Of a stretch of DNA of 64,000 bases, positions 20,039-29,317 are shown piece by piece. The notes under the pieces are model-generated. The model worked only from the letters and a program-made list of their open reading frames with translations. It made no database searches and had not been told where the DNA came from. How positions within the stretch are numbered: position 1 is the stretch's first letter; the number at the start of each line of letters is the position of its first letter. Position numbers and translations under genes: made by a program. This stretch comes from Bdellovibrionota bacterium (GTDB lineage Bacteria; Bdellovibrionota_G; JALEGL01; DATDPG01), in the NCBI GenBank assembly GCA_963668355.1, contig OY764265.1, forward strand, positions 992,001 to 1,056,000, written 5' to 3'.

Positions 20039-22960
20039 ATGGGCTCGGGCGAACTGTATTTTGGAAAATTTTCCCCAATATTTGAGGATCACTTCCTCTC
20101 CAAAATCAGCTCGGCCATCTCCTTTGGATCATTAAGTCCTCAATATGTACTGGTCGGCTCTAACCTCCTTGCCCTTCACCTGCGTCATGCCTTAGCGCTT
20201 CGAACGGGTGGACATACGAACCTTCACTTCCTAACCTTCGTCGATCTTGCGCAAAAAATCTTGGATGCTTCACAGGACTCTCCCCCTCCCCCTCTTTTTC
20301 CTCCAAACGTGGAAGAGCTGTTGATTGAAGACCTTCTTCAAAACCTTTCTTCTGAACATCCTTTCTACGCTCTCAAAGAACAGCCCGGACTACACCTGGC
20401 CATCAAGAGTACTTTTCACGACCTTTTGGATGGAAACATAGATACTTTGCCCCCACACCCCTCTTTTGATTTTCTGCGGGATTTATATTCGAAACATCGA
20501 GAAGCCTATGCCCATCAGTTTTCAACCCAGGCGGATCGAATTCTACGTGCCACAGAAATCCATCAAGATTTTTCTCACATTTTGGGAAGTCCTCAATTGT
20601 GGATATACGGTTTTTATGACCTTACGAAACTTCAGCAAAACCTCTTAACCCGATGTGCCCGCTCCATGAAGCTCCGGTTTTGGGTTCCCACCTTTGACGA
20701 CAACTCTTTTCGCTCCTCTTGGTCATTGATGAATTCCCTTGCCGAAAAGGTGGAGAACATTGTCAACCACCCCCCTCCCGAGCCTCAAGTCACCTCGTTT
20801 CCCCATCAAATCCGTGAAACCGAAGAAACGGTTAGAACCATTCTTTCATTGCTTGAAACGGAATCCACACCCTTGCATCGAATCGCCATTCTACTCCGAC
20901 AGCCCACCATTCAGATGGAAGAAATGGGAGAGATCCTGCGACGCGCAAACATCCCCTTTTATCGAGAAGGAGGAAGCCCCTTCAACCAAACTCGCCTTGG
21001 GAAATCTCTGCTTATCCTTACGCAGCATTTGCATTCGGATTGGTCACGAACCGCCATTTTGGAGTTTCTTTCTACGTTCCCGTTTCATCCCGAAAAAACA
21101 CAAAACATGGGGCAACCCACGGATTGGGATTTTTGGTCCAGGTCTGCAAATTGCCTAAAAGGATTCGAAAATTTTCGGTTCCGAATTGAGCAGTGGGCTA
21201 CCACGACTCAACAACAAAACTTTGTTCAGTTTATTTCCGATTTATTTTCCCACCTCGAATCCATCGAAAAAGAAACCACAAGCTGGAAATCCCTCGCAAT
21301 ATCTTTGTCCGAAACGATCGAGAATTTTGCCAATCCTCAAGAAGACTGGACATCTATTCGCAAATTAATTGTCCATCTAGAGCAATTGGCGTTCTACCAA
21401 TTACCCACCTCTAACGAACGCACCCGACGAGTTTTAAAGGCCCAGCTCAATCAACTTCGCATTCCCAATGTAGAAGCCTTTCAACGGAAAGGTCTCTTCT
21501 TGGGATCGGTTTCATCGGCCCGAATGATCACCTTTGACCATGTCTTTATTCCCGGAATGGTTTCCAAGCAATTTCCAGCCCCTTTCCGGGAGGACCCTTT
21601 GCTTCTAGACCCTGAAAGAGCTTGGCTAAATCAAAACACATCGGGGTTACTGACATTACGCGGTTCACGAAACGAGGAAGAACGCGCTCTTTTCCAATTG
21701 GCGAAAGGATGTGCCTCAAGAAGCCTTCATCTTTCTTTCGCGCGAATGGAAGCCACTACGAGCCGTCCCCTTGTACCTTCCTCGTTTCTTCCAGAGAAGA
21801 AAATCGAAACCAAACCTCTATTAAAATGGAGAGACCAGATCTCGAACGTCTGGATCGACGAAGACGACTGGCTTTCGGGAAAAGTTGGAAGGGAAGTCTG
21901 CCGATCCCAAGAAAATGCCTTAAAAAAATACAATCTGTGGAGCCCCTTGGCCAAAAACATTTCTACTTGGGTCAATCATCGATTTGGACAAAACTCTTGG
22001 ACCTCCTTCGACGGGATCATTCAACCCTCAAGCGTCCAAAACCTTTCTCCGAAACACCACTCGGTTTCCAGCCTTAGAGAATACGTCGTGTGCCCCTATC
22101 GGTTTTTTCTTCGAAAGATCATCAAACTCAGTCCGATCGAACGTCCCGATCAGGTTGAGGAGATGAAGCCTCTGGATCGAGGAACCCTTATTCATGAGAT
22201 TTTGCAAAAAGTTTTTGAGTTTGCATTTAACGAAGGGCTCTTTCCTTTAAAACCGAATGAATTTGGAAGAATCTTGGTGGCCCTGGAAGTAATTGCCAAT
22301 CAGGCCTTTCAAAGAGCAGAGCAGGAGCTTCCCTTAGGACACCATCTTTTATGGAAAACACAGCGCGACTACCTTTTGGCCGATCTTCGCGCACTTCTTA
22401 AACAGGAATTGGACCTTCAGGATGATTATATTCCATCCGAATTTGAAGTTGGCTTTGACGACGTCAAACTTTCCACTGGCGAAATCACGCTTGCGATGCG
22501 AGGAAGAATTGACCGAATTGATACAACAAAGGATGGAAAGAGGGCCCGAATCATCGACTATAAGACCGGGAAAGTTCCAACACGAGGGGACACATTCGAA
22601 GGGGGAAGATCCCTTCAACTTCCTCTCTATGTTCAAATTTTGTCATCTCTTCGACCCAGCATCGATCTTTCCGATTGGGAGGGAATTTTATTGAGCACCT
22701 CTTATGGGTCGGGATTTCGACGAACCCAATTTACAGGGAATGATTTAGTCCTCCATCGGGAAACCCTTTTTCACATTTTGAATACCATCTCAAATGCCAT
22801 GCAGTCTTCTCTTTTCCCTCCTCTCCCGGGGAAACAGGAGGCCGATTGTCAAAGCTGTGATTTTCGTTTGGTTTGTGGAAAATCCATTCACCACCTTTCC
22901 GAAAGAAAACAGGGAGACGAAAGAACTTTGAACCTGATTGAATTGGGAGAAATTAAGTGA
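20039..22960 (+). CDS. addB: AddB-like helicase/nuclease subunit B (PD-(D/E)XK nuclease with Fe-S cysteines)
   Basis: SVSSLREYVVCPYRFF, RGTLIH, RGRIDRID, IIDYKTG, QLPLY, CQSCDFRLVC; coupled to addA. Confidence 0.8.
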   Translation: MGSGELYFGKFSPIFEDHFLSKISSAISFGSLSPQYVLVGSNLLALHLRHALALRTGGHTNLHFLTFVDLAQKILDASQDSPPPPLFPPNVEELLIEDLLQNLSSEHPFYALKEQPGLHLAIKSTFHDLLDGNIDTLPPHPSFDFLRDLYSKHREAYAHQFSTQADRILRATEIHQDFSHILGSPQLWIYGFYDLTKLQQNLLTRCARSMKLRFWVPTFDDNSFRSSWSLMNSLAEKVENIVNHPPPEPQVTSFPHQIRETEETVRTILSLLETESTPLHRIAILLRQPTIQMEEMGEILRRANIPFYREGGSPFNQTRLGKSLLILTQHLHSDWSRTAILEFLSTFPFHPEKTQNMGQPTDWDFWSRSANCLKGFENFRFRIEQWATTTQQQNFVQFISDLFSHLESIEKETTSWKSLAISLSETIENFANPQEDWTSIRKLIVHLEQLAFYQLPTSNERTRRVLKAQLNQLRIPNVEAFQRKGLFLGSVSSARMITFDHVFIPGMVSKQFPAPFREDPLLLDPERAWLNQNTSGLLTLRGSRNEEERALFQLAKGCASRSLHLSFARMEATTSRPLVPSSFLPEKKIETKPLLKWRDQISNVWIDEDDWLSGKVGREVCRSQENALKKYNLWSPLAKNISTWVNHRFGQNSWTSFDGIIQPSSVQNLSPKHHSVSSLREYVVCPYRFFLRKIIKLSPIERPDQVEEMKPLDRGTLIHEILQKVFEFAFNEGLFPLKPNEFGRILVALEVIANQAFQRAEQELPLGHHLLWKTQRDYLLADLRALLKQELDLQDDYIPSEFEVGFDDVKLSTGEITLAMRGRIDRIDTTKDGKRARIIDYKTGKVPTRGDTFEGGRSLQLPLYVQILSSLRPSIDLSDWEGILLSTSYGSGFRRTQFTGNDLVLHRETLFHILNTISNAMQSSLFPPLPGKQEADCQSCDFRLVCGKSIHHLSERKQGDERTLNLIELGEIK

Positions 22961-25900
22961 TTCCTTCTGATCAACCAACACGTGAAAAGGTCATCCACGA
23001 TTTAGAAACCACCTTTAGTGTCCAAGCCGGAGCTGGAACAGGGAAGACGTTTCTTTTAACCACCCGATATTTGGAAATCGTAAAAAAGCGCCTGGCCAAA
23101 CCCCATGAAATTGTGACCATCACGTTTACTGAGAAAGCAGCCGGAGAGTTACGTGAACGGATCCAGAAACGCCTTGAGGAAAAAGGAGACAAAGAACTTC
23201 TCCTCGATTTGGACCGGGCTCCCATTTCTACCATCCACTCCTTGGCCACTTCCATCATTCGTGAGCGACCTTTGCAGGCAGAAATCGACCCAAACTTCGA
23301 GCAAATGGATGAAATTTCCTCCCAAATCTTTGTTCAAGAAATGTACGAGAAGTGGCTTTCTCTGGCCCTTCGACAAGAGGGCCAGCCCTTTATTTTAGCG
23401 ACCGCTGCGGCCATCAAACCCTCTCAAATCAAGGATCTCGCATTCACGCTGTACCAAAATCGAGACCTTCTAAACCAGTTGGATTTAACGCCCCCTAAAC
23501 TTGAGTTTTCTGAGGCCTTTCAATCCATTTACGAGAAAATTCGGTCTCTTTCAGAATTTTCGGAACGTTTTTGCAAAAACACCAATGACGCAGGTTTTCT
23601 CCAAATCCAACAGCTTCGAAAAGAAATCTCCGAAAGTTTAGATCTTACGGAAGAAGGGAAAATCCGAGCTCTTCTGCTTCGAACCAACGTCAAAAAAGGA
23701 AAAGGAAGCCAACAAAATTGGGAATCGAAAGATTCTTGTCAAAACATGAAGGAAAAAGTCCAGGAACTCGCTCTACAAGTCGAAGAGACCAAAGAAAAAC
23801 TGAGGAGAAAGATTTTTCTACAGCTTCTTGACTGGCTTCTGGGTTTTGTCGCGTTTGTTGAAAAGGAAAAGAATGTCCGGGGTTGCTTAGATTTTGACGA
23901 CTTACTTTTGCGCGCTCTCAGTCTTTTCAAAAAACATCCCATGATCTTGGATAGTTTCAGAAGCAAGTACAAATACATTCTCGTAGATGAGTTTCAAGAC
24001 ACCGATCCCGTGCAGTCTGAGTTGGTGTGGCTATTGGCTGGCGCATCTGGAGACCGTTCAATCTGGACAGATCTTGATATTCCGAAAGGTCGGCTTTTTG
24101 TAGTCGGAGATCCTCAACAATCGATCTATCGATTTCGAAAAGCCGACATCAACACCTATCGAACCTCTGTCGAAAAACTTTCTCCTGCGGTTATCTCACA
24201 AAATTTCCGCGCTTCTTCGCATTTGATTGATGGTGTAAATCAACTCTTCTCAACGGTTTTTCCCTCCAACTACCAGCCCCTCTCTCCTGACGCTTCCCGC
24301 CCCAAACCCAAACTGAATGCATCCTTTATTCGCATCGAACCTTCCATCTCTGAAGGAAAATATTCCACTCGCCAAAGACGGCGGCAAGAATCTCAGGCCA
24401 TTGCCGGATTCATTCACCACGTCATCACCCACCCAAGTTTCCAACTGTATGACCGCGATCAAAAAGTTTTTCGCCCTTATAATTATGGGGATTTTGTCGT
24501 CTTGTTTCCCACGATGACGGATGTAGATTTTTTCGAAGAACAGCTCCGGCAATTTCATATTCCCTTCTCCTTGGAGGGAGGAAAGAATTTTTATGGAAGG
24601 TGGGAAATCCATGGCTTACTGAGCATCCTCTACGCGATTGAACACCCAACCGATCGCATCGCAGTTGTGGCAGCCTTGCGCTCCATTCTTTTAGGATTCT
24701 CCGACCAGGCACTCGTGGATTGGATTCAAGAATGTGACTCGTTTGACTACCGAAGCATAAATGGAGATCTCTTCTCTCCGGAAGCCAAAGAAGCCCTGGA
24801 GCTTTTTCAGACTTTGCACCAAAGCAAAAACGAAAAGAAACCCTCTGAGCTCATTCGTTCAGTTTTGACGTTCACCCGAGCCATTCCCATCACACTTCTT
24901 CGTTTTCACGGAGAACAAGCGGCCGCCAACTTGCAGAAAATGATCAGCTTGGCCCAAGAACTCGAATCCCGAGAAGTCATGACTTTGGGACGTTTCATTC
25001 GATGGATTGAAAGCCGATCCGAAGAAGCTGAAAAACAAGGCGAGTCCCCTTTGTCAGAAAGCGGAGAAAACGTCGTCCACCTGATGACCATTCACAAAGC
25101 CAAGGGTCTGGAGTTTCCCTGCGTCATTTTGGCGAATCTCGCCTCTCAGCCAAATATTCGAGAGCAAGTGATTGCCGATCGTTTGACCCATCGCCTTGAG
25201 ATTGGAATCGGAGACAAAAAGAATCGCGCCTGCACATCAGGCTACGAAGAGGCTCTGGAGAAAGAGAAAACGGAAATTCAGGAAGAGAAAGCCCGATTGC
25301 TCTATGTCGCCATGACCCGTGCCTGCGACTTATTGGTTCTTCCCAAATTTTTGCCGGATCGAGGAAAGCCTTTTTTCTGGAATCTCTTGGAAGAGGCCTG
25401 GAAAGAGTCCATCCCTTGCCAAACGTTCACCGAGGAAGATTTTTCACTCAAAGCACCCGATGGGCCCCTTACCGAACATTTCCAAGATTTTGAGGAAAAT
25501 GCTCCAGAAAGGTTTCAATCTCTCCAAGAAGTCCATGAATGGACGCATCGACGCCAGGAAACATGGGTCCAGGGAATTTCCTTAGGCACCGCTACGGGCG
25601 AAAAGACGTTTGCTGAACATCCGTCGCGCGATTTCATTCCTCGACTTCGGGAAATACCGGCCACGCAAATGGGTTCTGTCTTCCACCAAACGATGGAGCA
25701 CTTTCCCTGGCAGCAAGAACATCTTTTGGAACAAACCCTCCAACAAATTTCCTTGGAAAATGGCATTCATGACTATCTTGAAGAACTGCAAAACCTGGTT
25801 TCACAGACCCTCACACACCCTGTTATGTCTAGGGCTAAAGGGGCCAAGAACCTTTGGAAGGAAGTTCCCTTTTCTCGGCATGAACACGGAAATCTCATTG

Positions 25901-26142
25901 AAGGGGTGATTGATCTTGTTTTTGAAGAAGCCGAGGAATGGATCGTACTCGACTATAAAACCGATCGTATTTCTAAAGAGGAAGTGCCGCAAAGGGCCGA
26001 AATGTATCGGGGACAAATGCAGACCTATGCCCATGCGCTAAAGGCGCTGACCGGAAAAAATGTTAAAGAAACGATTCTTTTCTTCGTTCGTTTGGGAAAA
26101 ACATTCTCTTTTTATCCCAATTCCGCAAATGAGTTAGAATAA
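22957..26142 (+). CDS. addA: AddA-like UvrD-family helicase/nuclease subunit A
   Basis: AGAGTGKT, TFTEKAAGE, LVDEFQD, VGDPQQSIYRFR, MTIHKAKGLEF, RLLYVAMTRA; C-terminal GVIDL...DYKT nuclease. Confidence 0.9.
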   Translation: MIPSDQPTREKVIHDLETTFSVQAGAGTGKTFLLTTRYLEIVKKRLAKPHEIVTITFTEKAAGELRERIQKRLEEKGDKELLLDLDRAPISTIHSLATSIIRERPLQAEIDPNFEQMDEISSQIFVQEMYEKWLSLALRQEGQPFILATAAAIKPSQIKDLAFTLYQNRDLLNQLDLTPPKLEFSEAFQSIYEKIRSLSEFSERFCKNTNDAGFLQIQQLRKEISESLDLTEEGKIRALLLRTNVKKGKGSQQNWESKDSCQNMKEKVQELALQVEETKEKLRRKIFLQLLDWLLGFVAFVEKEKNVRGCLDFDDLLLRALSLFKKHPMILDSFRSKYKYILVDEFQDTDPVQSELVWLLAGASGDRSIWTDLDIPKGRLFVVGDPQQSIYRFRKADINTYRTSVEKLSPAVISQNFRASSHLIDGVNQLFSTVFPSNYQPLSPDASRPKPKLNASFIRIEPSISEGKYSTRQRRRQESQAIAGFIHHVITHPSFQLYDRDQKVFRPYNYGDFVVLFPTMTDVDFFEEQLRQFHIPFSLEGGKNFYGRWEIHGLLSILYAIEHPTDRIAVVAALRSILLGFSDQALVDWIQECDSFDYRSINGDLFSPEAKEALELFQTLHQSKNEKKPSELIRSVLTFTRAIPITLLRFHGEQAAANLQKMISLAQELESREVMTLGRFIRWIESRSEEAEKQGESPLSESGENVVHLMTIHKAKGLEFPCVILANLASQPNIREQVIADRLTHRLEIGIGDKKNRACTSGYEEALEKEKTEIQEEKARLLYVAMTRACDLLVLPKFLPDRGKPFFWNLLEEAWKESIPCQTFTEEDFSLKAPDGPLTEHFQDFEENAPERFQSLQEVHEWTHRRQETWVQGISLGTATGEKTFAEHPSRDFIPRLREIPATQMGSVFHQTMEHFPWQQEHLLEQTLQQISLENGIHDYLEELQNLVSQTLTHPVMSRAKGAKNLWKEVPFSRHEHGNLIEGVIDLVFEEAEEWIVLDYKTDRISKEEVPQRAEMYRGQMQTYAHALKALTGKNVKETILFFVRLGKTFSFYPNSANELE

Positions 26143-26149
26143 CCTAGGT

Positions 26150-29100
26150 ATGGAATGTGGTCGTTGTCATAAAGATCTTCCCTTAGAAGGAATAAAATTT
26201 TGTCCTTTTTGTGGGGACACCCTTCAATCAGCTCCCGAAGAAAGGCGAAAGGGAATTGTCGTTTTTGGAGATCTTTCGGGATTCACAGCGTTAAGCGAGC
26301 GAATTGACCCCGACGAACTCCGAGATCTCATTGATCGGATCATGAGGAAGTTTGTTCACATCGTTGAACAACACGGAGGCGTCGTCGACAAAATCATCGG
26401 GGATTGCATCATGTTCCTATTCAATGTGGAAAAAAGTTATGGCGATGACCCCGTTCGAACTCTGGAGACGATTGAAGATATTCAAGCATACTTATCAGAG
26501 TTTAATGAGACCCATCAAACCACATTAGAACTTCATTTTGGGGCCGCCTTCGGCACAGTGTCCGTCGGCATCGTGGGCAATTCGCGAACGGTGATGGGAG
26601 ATACTGTAAATTTGGCGCAACGTCTTTTGAATGCGGCGCAAAGCGGGGAGGTCGTTGTTTCGCCTTCGTTTTCCGAGCTTTTCCCCCCTTCTTACAAGTT
26701 TGAAGAGATGGAGCCCGTTTGGTTAAAGGGAAAATTGGAACCCGTCACGCCCTTTCGGTATCACGGTCAAATTCAATTTGAAGAAGAGCTCTCACCCTTT
26801 GTAGGTCGTTCGAGTGAGGTGTCCTCTGCAATCAAAAGCATTGAGCAAGCCAACTCCAATCAAAAGCAGGCACGGATTCTTTTTCAAGGGCCATTTGGGA
26901 TTGGAAAAGGCCGAATTCTCTCGGAAATTTTTAGCCATTTCGAATCTGACGCCTTTCGCTCCGCCCAAGTTACCCTACAAGATGGGGGGGATGGATTTCC
27001 AGCTCCTGTGAAACGCCTCATGGAAGATCTAATTCGAATTTCCAAAGACATTTCAGAAGATGAACATTGGGGGATGTCCATACAAGAAGACTTTTGGGAA
27101 CAGACAGATATCGAAACCTTCTCCTCCCTCATGCTCCAAACCCTTCGTCGAATTTGCAAACAATGCACGCTTTTGATCGGTGTACAACACCTTGAAAGAG
27201 CCGATTCTTCCACATTGGATTTTCTTCATAAACTTCTGACCGAAACCCAAACCCTTCCCCTATGTCTTCTTTTTACCAGCTTGGAGACCGCTGATTTTCT
27301 AGCTGAATCCACAATTCAGATTTCTCCGTTGTGCAATGGCGAAGCTCAAGAACTATTTTCCAAGCTTGTGGATTCCCAAAAAGCAGAAAGCTTAGGCTTT
27401 CAAAAGCTCGTCACACAATGCGCAGGGAATCCTTTATTCATTCAAGAACTCGCACGAGGGGTCAATGCGGATCTGCCGATGGACAAGTTGTTCTCCGGAA
27501 ACATTGAACTACTTCTGGCCTCCCGTCTGGACGCATTGGACAACGAGCAAAAGGAACTCGTCAAACAGGCCTCCATCTTTGGAACGCAAATTCCAACCAA
27601 GTACTTGGCCGTTCTCTCAAACAAAGAAGAAGCCGATGTTCTCCATCGCTTAGGGAATCTCGCCTTTTTTGACTATGAGGAAAAAACCAATTCGTTGATT
27701 TTTCGAGATGAACTTCTGAGGGTTTCAGCCTACGACAGAATCAATCTGCGCACACGAAAGGCATGGCATCAACAACTCGGGGAGATGTTGTTGGATGAAA
27801 AAGCTTCTCCGGAACTGATCGCCCACCATTTCTTGAAAAGCGAACGCAAACGAGAAGCCCTTCGAATGAGTCTAGCCGCGGGCAGAGCTCTCGCTCGAAA
27901 CCCCAAACAGAAAGAGGCTCTCTTCTATATTAAACAAACCGAGCAATTGGCTCGGGAGCTACACGACGAAAAGGCCCTCTTGGATGCTTTGGAAATTCGA
28001 TTCATGCTGGACTCTAAAGGGTTTTCGATCGACCAAGCCTTGGAACGTTTGGAGATTTGGCAAAAGGATTTCATGCTTTCCAAACTCGAAGGTTCTGAAA
28101 GTCGCTTAGCCCTGTTAAGGGGGTCCTTTTTCTTTGAACGGCGAATGTATTCGCAGGCCTTGACGGAGGTTCAAAAAGCAAGGGAAGACCTGCCTCGCGA
28201 AAAACAAATTGAACTTGAATTGTTGCATGAAAGAATTCTTTACCGACTTGGAAAAACCAAGGAAGTGGTTCACCGAGGTCTTAAATTCCTTCGCAGTGGA
28301 AAACTTGAGGAGGCGGAAAAGGGTGACTTCTTTATTTTGATGGGGTCAGTTTCTTATATTGATAAAGAAATCGAGCAGGCCGAGGACTTCTATAGAAAGG
28401 CCGCTCAGATTTACCGAGAAGCGAACGATCTTCGCGGCATTTGGAAAACGGTCATCAACTTGGGGAATATTGCCCGAAGTCGTTCACATTACGAAGCCTC
28501 GCGTGAGTACTATCTTGAGGCTTGTGAACATGCCTTGTTGCTGGGCGACCTTCTAAGCTATTGCAAAGGCCTTTTGAGGGTAGCAGATGTAAACATCGAA
28601 TTGCTTCGAATTGAGGAAGCTCTCGGAAATTTTGACCGAGCCTTGGAAATCCTTCAAAGCCACGAAAACCCAAGTTTGGAGGCCCTAACCCGAATGCTTT
28701 TGGGAAATGCGCTTCGAAATTTGGGGGATTTCGAAAGGGCCAAGGAAACCTTGGATGCCGCTCTGCTCTATTTTGAGCACTCTGACGACTCTTTCGGCCA
28801 TGGTCGCGCACTTCGGAGCTTGGCCATGCTCCATCAAGACCTTGAAAATTTTGAACGGGCTTTCACCCTACTGAAAGAGTGTGCCCCCTTACTCAAGAAC
28901 CACCCCGATCAATTGCAGTACATTGCTTTGCAACGAGCCGAAATCCATTTTCATCAGGGAGAGTTGGAAACCGCACAAGAGCAACTGGGTCAGTTCCAGA
29001 GTGAGCATCCTGAAAAAACATGTTCTCCCGACATTCTTTTGCGATTTCGAATCTTGGATTCCCTTCTATCCCATCGCAAAGATTTATCGAAGTTTGAATG

Positions 29101-29317
29101 CATCTGCGAACTCTTGCAAAAGACCCAAAACCATTCCGCGCCCTGGAAACGTTTGGTCCTGTTGGCGGAAGCCCTGGAATATGGCTTTCACAAAGATTAC
29201 GCAGCTGAGGCCATTGACATTCTTCATCGCATGAGAAAATCGCTACCACCTCGATTTCGGCGAGCTTTTGATCGCCGAAAGGCAATTATTCGACTCAACG
29301 AACTGCTTCAAACTTAA
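26150..29317 (+). CDS. Class III adenylate/guanylate cyclase with N-terminal zinc ribbon, STAND-like P-loop domain and C-terminal TPRs
   Basis: CGRC...CPFC; FGDLSGFT, DKIIGDCIM, GDTVNLAQRL; FVGR, GPFGIGK, GNPLFIQEL; TPR-like LGNIARSR and LGNALRNLG repeats. Confidence 0.88.
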   Translation: MECGRCHKDLPLEGIKFCPFCGDTLQSAPEERRKGIVVFGDLSGFTALSERIDPDELRDLIDRIMRKFVHIVEQHGGVVDKIIGDCIMFLFNVEKSYGDDPVRTLETIEDIQAYLSEFNETHQTTLELHFGAAFGTVSVGIVGNSRTVMGDTVNLAQRLLNAAQSGEVVVSPSFSELFPPSYKFEEMEPVWLKGKLEPVTPFRYHGQIQFEEELSPFVGRSSEVSSAIKSIEQANSNQKQARILFQGPFGIGKGRILSEIFSHFESDAFRSAQVTLQDGGDGFPAPVKRLMEDLIRISKDISEDEHWGMSIQEDFWEQTDIETFSSLMLQTLRRICKQCTLLIGVQHLERADSSTLDFLHKLLTETQTLPLCLLFTSLETADFLAESTIQISPLCNGEAQELFSKLVDSQKAESLGFQKLVTQCAGNPLFIQELARGVNADLPMDKLFSGNIELLLASRLDALDNEQKELVKQASIFGTQIPTKYLAVLSNKEEADVLHRLGNLAFFDYEEKTNSLIFRDELLRVSAYDRINLRTRKAWHQQLGEMLLDEKASPELIAHHFLKSERKREALRMSLAAGRALARNPKQKEALFYIKQTEQLARELHDEKALLDALEIRFMLDSKGFSIDQALERLEIWQKDFMLSKLEGSESRLALLRGSFFFERRMYSQALTEVQKAREDLPREKQIELELLHERILYRLGKTKEVVHRGLKFLRSGKLEEAEKGDFFILMGSVSYIDKEIEQAEDFYRKAAQIYREANDLRGIWKTVINLGNIARSRSHYEASREYYLEACEHALLLGDLLSYCKGLLRVADVNIELLRIEEALGNFDRALEILQSHENPSLEALTRMLLGNALRNLGDFERAKETLDAALLYFEHSDDSFGHGRALRSLAMLHQDLENFERAFTLLKECAPLLKNHPDQLQYIALQRAEIHFHQGELETAQEQLGQFQSEHPEKTCSPDILLRFRILDSLLSHRKDLSKFECICELLQKTQNHSAPWKRLVLLAEALEYGFHKDYAAEAIDILHRMRKSLPPRFRRAFDRRKAIIRLNELLQT

